Source of the DNA: a virus
Direction: 5' to 3' (one strand)
IMG/VR virus record: IMGVR_UViG_3300017917_002937
Coordinates: 1-64,000 of that record
DNA length: 64,000 nt
A program made the position numbers and the translations under genes. The stretch's first letter is position 1. Each line of letters begins with the position of its first letter. A model generated the notes under the pieces. The model made no database searches, was not told where the DNA came from, and saw only the letters and a program-made list of their open reading frames with translations. Below are positions 57,761-64,000 of the stretch, in pieces.

Positions 57761-58978
57761 ATGGCATATACAATAGTTAAAAGTGATGGGACAGTTTTAA
57801 CGACCATTGCCGATGGGACAATTAATACAACAAGTTCATCACTTGGACTTCCAGGACGAAATTACGCTGGTTACGGACAAACATTAGACACAAATTTTGT
57901 ACATCAATTAGAGAATTTTGCAGATACAGACCCTCCCCCAAATCCTCTTAGAGGTCAACTTTGGTATAATACAAATAACCAAACACTTTATGTGTGCCCA
58001 ACAGATGGAGAAACAAACAGTGCTAACTGGTCAGCATTAACTTCAACAACAAGTGGTGGAACAACAACATTCGGTGCTGTAACTATTACAGGGAATTTAT
58101 TAGCAAATAATGGTACATTTACTAATCAAGTCTCTGCAAATTTAGGAACATTTGCTTATTTGACTGTAACTTCAAATGCAAATATAGCAGATGCAAATAT
58201 AACAACCTCAAACATTGGTAATTTAACAACACAGGTTATAACAACAGGTGCCAATACCACCGCAGGTACAATAACAGGTACATGGACAGCTAACGGAGGC
58301 TTATCAGGAAATACTGTTATATTAACAAATGGCAATTTGTTTATTGGAAATTCAGGAGGTGCTAACCTTTATGGTGTACGCACTGACAAATACATGTATG
58401 CAAATGGAACACCAATTTCATTTGCTGGAACTTATAGTAATAGCAACGTTGCTGGATATTTACCAACTTATAACGGAGTGGTATTAGCAAGTAATGTGAC
58501 TACTCCTATATTAACAACAGGGGCAAACACAACACCAGGAACTGTTACTGGTAACTGGACATTAAGTTCAGGTTCAAGATTTAATGCTACATACGCTGAC
58601 TTGGCTGAAAGATTTGCATCTGATGCAATTTATGATGCAGGCACAGTTGTTGAATTGGGCGGTGACAAAGAAATTACCGCTGTAAAATATGAATTAAGTG
58701 AAGATGTGTTTGGAGTCATATCACATACTGCTGCATATTTGATGAATTCAGGTGCAGGTGATGACGAAACTCATCCTCCTGTGGCAGTTAGCGGTAGAGT
58801 AAAAGTTAAAGTAACAGGAAAAGTATCTAAAGGTCAACGCTTAGTAAGTGCTGGTAATGGCATTGCTAGGGCAGCTAATCCAGGTGAAGCAAATTCATTT
58901 AATACTATAGGTCGTTCTTTAGTAAATAAAACAACTGTTGGTGTTGGCACAGTTGAAGCTATAGTAATTATCAGATAA
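57761..58978 (+). CDS. Fibre-like virion protein with C-terminal intramolecular-chaperone-like domain
   Basis: N-terminal GRNYAGYG...LENFA...P..GQLWY; C-terminal YADLAERF...GTVV...GVIS...YLMN...VAVSGRVKVKV. Confidence 0.7.
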   Translation: MAYTIVKSDGTVLTTIADGTINTTSSSLGLPGRNYAGYGQTLDTNFVHQLENFADTDPPPNPLRGQLWYNTNNQTLYVCPTDGETNSANWSALTSTTSGGTTTFGAVTITGNLLANNGTFTNQVSANLGTFAYLTVTSNANIADANITTSNIGNLTTQVITTGANTTAGTITGTWTANGGLSGNTVILTNGNLFIGNSGGANLYGVRTDKYMYANGTPISFAGTYSNSNVAGYLPTYNGVVLASNVTTPILTTGANTTPGTVTGNWTLSSGSRFNATYADLAERFASDAIYDAGTVVELGGDKEITAVKYELSEDVFGVISHTAAYLMNSGAGDDETHPPVAVSGRVKVKVTGKVSKGQRLVSAGNGIARAANPGEANSFNTIGRSLVNKTTVGVGTVEAIVIIR

Positions 58979-58987
58979 GGATTAACA

Positions 58988-59938
58988 ATGACTTATGCAC
59001 AATTTGGATTAATACAGGCTACAGATTATAATGCGTTAGTAGGTGGTAATCCTACTACCTCAAGCGGTACATTAAATGCAGTATGGGCTACTGGAGGTAC
59101 AACAGCTGGTTATGGACAAACAGCAGAGGCTAATGTTTCAGTTGGAGATACGGTTACTTCTACAAAATGGGCAAATCTTGTCAACTTTACTGCCAATAGT
59201 GCAAGTCATCAGGGAACTTCTATTACGTCGGTTACTGCTCCTAGTTCAGGTGGAACTATAACATATTTAAGTGCTATACCAACAAATTTAACATCAATTT
59301 ATACAAGTCGTTTAAATGCTGCAACACAAGGATCAACCTCATCAAATGCTGTGTCATACGGAAGTACTTGGACAACTGCAATTACATTTACACATACTGT
59401 AACATTTGCTAATGGCGATGCTGCTAGATATTTCTTTAATTCAGGTGGACAACTTAAAATTACAACAAGTCATGCTAACAGTACAGCGGGAATTAATTTA
59501 CTAATGAACAATCTTTGTAGCAATATTGGAACAGTTGTTCTTAGTGCTCCTACTTCTGGTAGTGTAACGATTGCATCAACAAGTTATAATGGTATTACAA
59601 AAGTTGGTGGTGGTGGAAACGCTCCTACAATAAGCACAAATAATGGGTATTTTGCATTAACAACATCAAATGCAAACGTGTTCACTCAAACCGCTAGCAC
59701 TGGGCCTGCAGGATATCTAAGTACTTTTATACGAGTTATTGTAAAATCTAATGGTACTCAAGGTTCGAATGGTGATGCTGGAAGTGTTATCACAATCTAT
59801 ACAGTTTGGGATGAAGTGCCAGATGGTCTAACTGTTGGAACAGGATCAACAACTACTTGTACAATAACACCCCCTGAAAATGTATATTTACCTACAGCAA
59901 GCTGGGGAACACCTACTGTAACAGGTACTGTTGCTTAA
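58988..59938 (+). CDS. Virion structural protein
   Basis: Thr/Ser/Gly-rich; GYGQ and ARYFFNSGG motifs; in the structural operon. Confidence 0.6.
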   Translation: MTYAQFGLIQATDYNALVGGNPTTSSGTLNAVWATGGTTAGYGQTAEANVSVGDTVTSTKWANLVNFTANSASHQGTSITSVTAPSSGGTITYLSAIPTNLTSIYTSRLNAATQGSTSSNAVSYGSTWTTAITFTHTVTFANGDAARYFFNSGGQLKITTSHANSTAGINLLMNNLCSNIGTVVLSAPTSGSVTIASTSYNGITKVGGGGNAPTISTNNGYFALTTSNANVFTQTASTGPAGYLSTFIRVIVKSNGTQGSNGDAGSVITIYTVWDEVPDGLTVGTGSTTTCTITPPENVYLPTASWGTPTVTGTVA

Positions 59939-59986
59939 TTTTTTAAAATCAAAATAATACCATCTAAATACTCTCAGGAGAGTAAG

Positions 59987-60292
59987 ATGGATACAAACGA
60001 ACTTATTAATGATTTAAAAATTAGGTTTAATCATAATTCTGCCAAAGACTATCTTAAAAACAAATATGAATCAAAGTTAATTGTAGCTGACCAAGGGGGA
60101 TTATGGAAAGCTACTATAGAAATTATTAGTTTTTTAAGCACAAACAATCAAGAGCAAATAGTTTTAATGGACAGCTTTAATAATCCTGTTAAAGTTGATA
60201 GGATACTTCTATTAAACAAACTTACAAACATTTATAATCAAGTAACAAATGAATGGTACACAGAATGGTCTGAACTTGAAAGGCAACGATGA
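59987..60292 (+). CDS. Hypothetical protein
   Basis: 101-aa ORF with CAGGAG SD and TCTAAATA at 59963-59970; ATGA-coupled to the next gene. Confidence 0.7.
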   Translation: MDTNELINDLKIRFNHNSAKDYLKNKYESKLIVADQGGLWKATIEIISFLSTNNQEQIVLMDSFNNPVKVDRILLLNKLTNIYNQVTNEWYTEWSELERQR

Positions 60293-61092
60293 GTAAAGGC
60301 GTTTTATTATTTGCTTTTAATTCACCAAAATTTAATTATTTTGACATGGCAGTTCATACTGCTAAAAGAGTAAATTATTTTTTAGATTTACCTGTAACAG
60401 TTGTCACTGATTCACAATCAAAACCAAATAATGTCGAATATAATTTTGATCAAATTATTATAACTGATTCTGACAGTTCAAATAAAAGAGATTGGGGTAT
60501 ATGGTTAAATAAAGGTCGATACAAAGCATTTGAACTATCTCCTTACCATCATACAATTTTACTAGATACTGATTATATGGTAAATTCACAAAAGTTATTA
60601 AAAACTTTTACTTTACCAACCGATTTTTGTTGTCATGACACTACCGAATTTTTAATGAATCCAAATGCAGTACAGGAAGTGTTAAGTGTATATAGTTTTA
60701 AAACATTATGGGCAACGGTAATAACATTTAAAAAATCTAAACGATCCGAACAAATTTTTAATTGTTTAAAAATGGTTCAAAAAAATTTTGAACATTTTGC
60801 ATTAATACATGGTTTTATAGCTAATACATTTAGAAATGATTATGCATTAACAGTTGCTCTTAGAACAGTAAACGGTCAAATGGCATTAAAGAGTGATATA
60901 ATACCATGGAATTTGACACATATTGGTAAAAATACTAGTGTTTATGCTGATGATACAAGTTATAAAAACACAAAGTTTAATGTTGTTTTTGACAGATGGC
61001 AAAGAGGTAAAGTTAAAAAAGAATATATTACTATAAAAGATTTCGACTTCCACGTCATGAACAAAGAAAACTTTTTGGAGCTAATAAAATGA
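60289..61092 (+). CDS. Glycosyltransferase-like protein (GT-A, DxD)
   Basis: KGVLLFA, LSPYHHTILLDTDY, RNDYAL motifs. Confidence 0.6.
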   Translation: MSKGVLLFAFNSPKFNYFDMAVHTAKRVNYFLDLPVTVVTDSQSKPNNVEYNFDQIIITDSDSSNKRDWGIWLNKGRYKAFELSPYHHTILLDTDYMVNSQKLLKTFTLPTDFCCHDTTEFLMNPNAVQEVLSVYSFKTLWATVITFKKSKRSEQIFNCLKMVQKNFEHFALIHGFIANTFRNDYALTVALRTVNGQMALKSDIIPWNLTHIGKNTSVYADDTSYKNTKFNVVFDRWQRGKVKKEYITIKDFDFHVMNKENFLELIK

Positions 61093-61895
61093 ATAAAGGA
61101 TATGTTATATTAGCACAAAACACGAAAGCAGTAAACTATGTAAAATGTGCAGAAGCACTTGCTTTGAGTATACACAACGTCATGCCAAACGCAAAGGTTT
61201 CACTAATTACTAATGAAAACGATGTAAACTTTTCTTTATTTGATAGTGTTATTCCATTGCCATATGGCGATTTAGAACCTAACAGCGATTGGAAGCTAAT
61301 CAATGATTGGCAAATTTATGAAGCAAGTCCATATGAATATACAATTAAATTAGAAGCTGATTTGTATATGACAAAAGATATAAGTTATTGGTTCGATATT
61401 TTAGAACATAGAGATTTAGTAATTTGTACTACCATAAGAAACTTTAAACAAGAAATAAGTAAAGTCAGAGGTTATAGACGTTTTATTGACGATAATTATT
61501 TACCTGATGTTTATAATGCAATAACTTATTTTAAAAAATCAGATTTAGCCAATAAGTTTTTCAGTATTGTTAAAAATATTTTTGAAAATTGGAGTGAATA
61601 TAGAAAACATTACAAATGTAAACCAGATGAACCAGTATCAACTGATTGGGCCTATGCAATTGCAGCATATTTGTTAGGTATCGAGAAAACTACAATGCCA
61701 GTCTTTACTGACATGAGTATGATACATATGAAAGAATTTATCAATGGAAATGCTACCGAAAATTGGACAGATACATTTGTTTATGAAATTTTTAAAAATC
61801 AAATAAAAATACAAACAGTTCCGCAATTATATCCTTTACATTATCAAGTTAAAAGTTTTGCTAATAAATTATTAGAGGTCCATAATGACAGATAA
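61089..61895 (+). CDS. Glycosyltransferase-like protein, paralog of the upstream gene
   Basis: KGYVILA, ASPYEYTIKLEADL, STDWAYA; same length and motif order as the neighbour. Confidence 0.6.
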   Translation: MNKGYVILAQNTKAVNYVKCAEALALSIHNVMPNAKVSLITNENDVNFSLFDSVIPLPYGDLEPNSDWKLINDWQIYEASPYEYTIKLEADLYMTKDISYWFDILEHRDLVICTTIRNFKQEISKVRGYRRFIDDNYLPDVYNAITYFKKSDLANKFFSIVKNIFENWSEYRKHYKCKPDEPVSTDWAYAIAAYLLGIEKTTMPVFTDMSMIHMKEFINGNATENWTDTFVYEIFKNQIKIQTVPQLYPLHYQVKSFANKLLEVHNDR

Positions 61896-62229
61896 TGAAG
61901 ATAGAGTAATTATTTTTGAAGCCCCTAAAATTATTGCACCTGAGTTTCGCTTATATTATAATGATAAGGGAGAAGTTATCTGTTACACCTGTCAAAAACT
62001 AGAAGGTGATAACTTTATAATTATTGATGCACGAACTTATGCTGAAGCAAGACCAGATGTAAAAGTAATTGATGGTAAAATTTCAAGAAAACAAGCAAAT
62101 GCAGTTGTTTATAAATTGATGCCTTCATTAGAAGGTACTTTATGTGCAACTGATGATATTAGTGTAATTGTTGATGATAGATATCAAGGAAACACAACCA
62201 ATTGGAAATTAACTATATATGAGTTATGA
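61885..62229 (+). CDS. Hypothetical protein
   Basis: 114-aa ORF overlapping both neighbours. Confidence 0.65.
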   Translation: MTDNEDRVIIFEAPKIIAPEFRLYYNDKGEVICYTCQKLEGDNFIIIDARTYAEARPDVKVIDGKISRKQANAVVYKLMPSLEGTLCATDDISVIVDDRYQGNTTNWKLTIYEL

Positions 62230-63169
62230 TATTGTTGATGTAGCAGATTTAGATATTATATACTTAAGTTATGACGAGCCACAAAAAGAAGAATTTTGGC
62301 TTAAGATTAAAAACATGGTTCCATGGGCTAAACGTGTAGATGGTGTAAAAGGTAGTGATGCTGCACACAAGGCTGCTGGGTTAGCAAGCGACACAGAAAG
62401 ATTCATACTAATTGATGGTGATAATATGCCTGATGAATCTTTCTTTAATATACAACTAGATTTTACAGACAAAGATCCTAAATATAAATTGGCGCAATTT
62501 AGATGGAAAGCTATCAATTCAATTAATGGGCTTAGATATGGTAACGGTGGAATGAGTTCTTGGACAAAAAGTTACGTTGCTAATATGAAAACCCATGAAG
62601 CACAAACAGAAGGTGATATAACAAGAATAGTAGATTTTTGTTTGGATAGTAATGATAATTTATATTGGGCTATGCATGATTGTTATAGCACAACATATCC
62701 CAATTATACACCTTTTCAAGCTTGGCGAGCTGGTTTTCGTGAAGGTGTAAAAATGTGTTTAAATCGCGGGGCTGTGCCTACTGTTGATGAATTTAAAGAA
62801 ACTGTAGCAGGTCGTAACTTAAATAACTTAACGATTTGGCATAATGTTGGTTTAGATGCAGAAAATGGTATATGGGCTATATATGGTTCTAGATTAGGTA
62901 CCTATCAAACATTGTTAACAGAATGGGATCCAAAACATGTCCAATGGTTTGATAATTATATAGAAACATGGCAACATCATAAAGATTTAGATCCCGAATT
63001 AGAATCAAATAACATTGGATCAATTTTGGCTAGTAAATTAGGATTACCAATTTGTACTTTGAGTGCTGACCAAAGTAAATTTTTTAAAAGGCATTATAAT
63101 GCTGATAAAAGAAACCTAGGTCCCCTTATTACTGAAATGGAAATTATAAGAAGCATAGAAGGTTGGTAA
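62219..63169 (+). CDS. Glycosyltransferase-like protein (GT-A-type)
   Basis: IIYLSYDEP, RVDGVKGSDAAHK, FILIDGDN, YGNGG, AWRAGFREGVKM. Confidence 0.6.
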   Translation: MSYDIVDVADLDIIYLSYDEPQKEEFWLKIKNMVPWAKRVDGVKGSDAAHKAAGLASDTERFILIDGDNMPDESFFNIQLDFTDKDPKYKLAQFRWKAINSINGLRYGNGGMSSWTKSYVANMKTHEAQTEGDITRIVDFCLDSNDNLYWAMHDCYSTTYPNYTPFQAWRAGFREGVKMCLNRGAVPTVDEFKETVAGRNLNNLTIWHNVGLDAENGIWAIYGSRLGTYQTLLTEWDPKHVQWFDNYIETWQHHKDLDPELESNNIGSILASKLGLPICTLSADQSKFFKRHYNADKRNLGPLITEMEIIRSIEGW

Positions 63170-64000
63170 TGAGTGAAAATCACGAACAAAAAAGAATTAA
63201 AGAAATAAAGATTAAAGTTGAAAACGAAGTTGGTCCTACCTTTTGTCTTGCTAAATGGCATCATGTAACCATGTATTTACAAAGTGGAGAAACACATAGT
63301 TGTTATCATCCACAGCCACATAAAATACCCTTACAAGAATTAGAAAATAACCCTTCTGCATTACATAATACACAACATAAAAAAGAAGAACGTAAATTAA
63401 TGTTAGCGGGTGGTAAACCATCAGGATGCCAATACTGCTGGAATATAGAAGCTATGGGTCCTGATTATATCAGTGACAGACATATAAGAAATAGCAGTAT
63501 ATTTACTGAAGAACGTTATCAACAAACAGCTTATGGTCCATGGGATCAAAATATTAATCCTGAATATATTGAAATTAATTTTGGAAATGAATGTAATTTT
63601 AAATGCGGATATTGTCATCCAAAATACAGTACAAGTTTTTACAAAGAAATTGAAAAATTTGGACCAGTTACTGCTGTTAAAAATCATCGTTGTGATATAG
63701 ATTGGATGAAGTTATACCAACGTGAAGATGAAAATCCTTATGTAGATGCATTTTGGAATTGGTGGCCTGACTTACGTAAAACGTTAAATATTATACGTAT
63801 AACAGGAGGAGAACCAACACTACACAGTAGTACTTGGAAATTTTTAGATCAGGTAGATATTGATCCCATGCCATGGCTAGAAGTAAATGTTAATAGTAAT
63901 TTAGGTACTAAAAATATTTTAATAGAACGTTTGGCAAATAAAGTTAAAAAATTAACTGATGAAAATAAAATAAAAAGTTTTAAACTATTTACTAGTATGG
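63169..64000 (+). CDS. Radical SAM protein with N-terminal Twitch/SPASM-like domain, truncated by the window edge
   Basis: Missing from the ORF track. ATG 63169 (TAATG-coupled): FCLAKWHH...HSCYHP...GCQYCW, then CNFKCGYC (CxxxCxxC) and ITGGEP. Confidence 0.88.
   Translation, partial: MSENHEQKRIKEIKIKVENEVGPTFCLAKWHHVTMYLQSGETHSCYHPQPHKIPLQELENNPSALHNTQHKKEERKLMLAGGKPSGCQYCWNIEAMGPDYISDRHIRNSSIFTEERYQQTAYGPWDQNINPEYIEINFGNECNFKCGYCHPKYSTSFYKEIEKFGPVTAVKNHRCDIDWMKLYQREDENPYVDAFWNWWPDLRKTLNIIRITGGEPTLHSSTWKFLDQVDIDPMPWLEVNVNSNLGTKNILIERLANKVKKLTDENKIKSFKLFTSM

Noticed and set aside
1-64000. tRNA/rRNA genes and alternative genetic code
   Set aside because: No cloverleaf seen in the short intergenic gaps; genes are full length in the standard code and TAA, TAG and TGA all act as stops.

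Overview
AT-rich (roughly 30% GC by eye) segment of a large T4-like myophage genome, almost entirely virion morphogenesis genes. Left, mostly minus strand: two fibre-like repeat proteins, a higher-GC triple-LamG gene, a GIY-YIG homing endonuclease, the head cluster (gp23, gp22, gp21, acidic core protein, gp20 portal) and a tape-measure-like protein with an M15-type peptidase domain. Centre: a gp26/gp51-like pair joined by a T-TTT-TTC slippery site, a ~420-nt densely structured non-coding region, a resolvase-like nuclease, gp46/gp47 and the late sigma factor gp55. Right, plus strand: the baseplate cluster (gp48/54-, gp53-, gp27-, gp5-, gp25-, gp6-like), a 6731-aa giant structural protein, further virion proteins and a glycosyltransferase-like/radical-SAM cluster running off the end. 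Main highlights: (1) gp46 is fractured inside its Walker A motif by an atypically split intein (39-aa IntN, 124-aa IntC, Thr+1) with a free-standing Vsr-like endonuclease between the halves; (2) a candidate large structured RNA or origin at 18.73-19.15 kb; (3) a candidate programmed -1 frameshift fusing the gp26-like and gp51-like ORFs; (4) a small two-hairpin antisense element under a late promoter; (5) many apparently leaderless transcripts. All protein calls come from motif recognition and synteny; no database searches were run.
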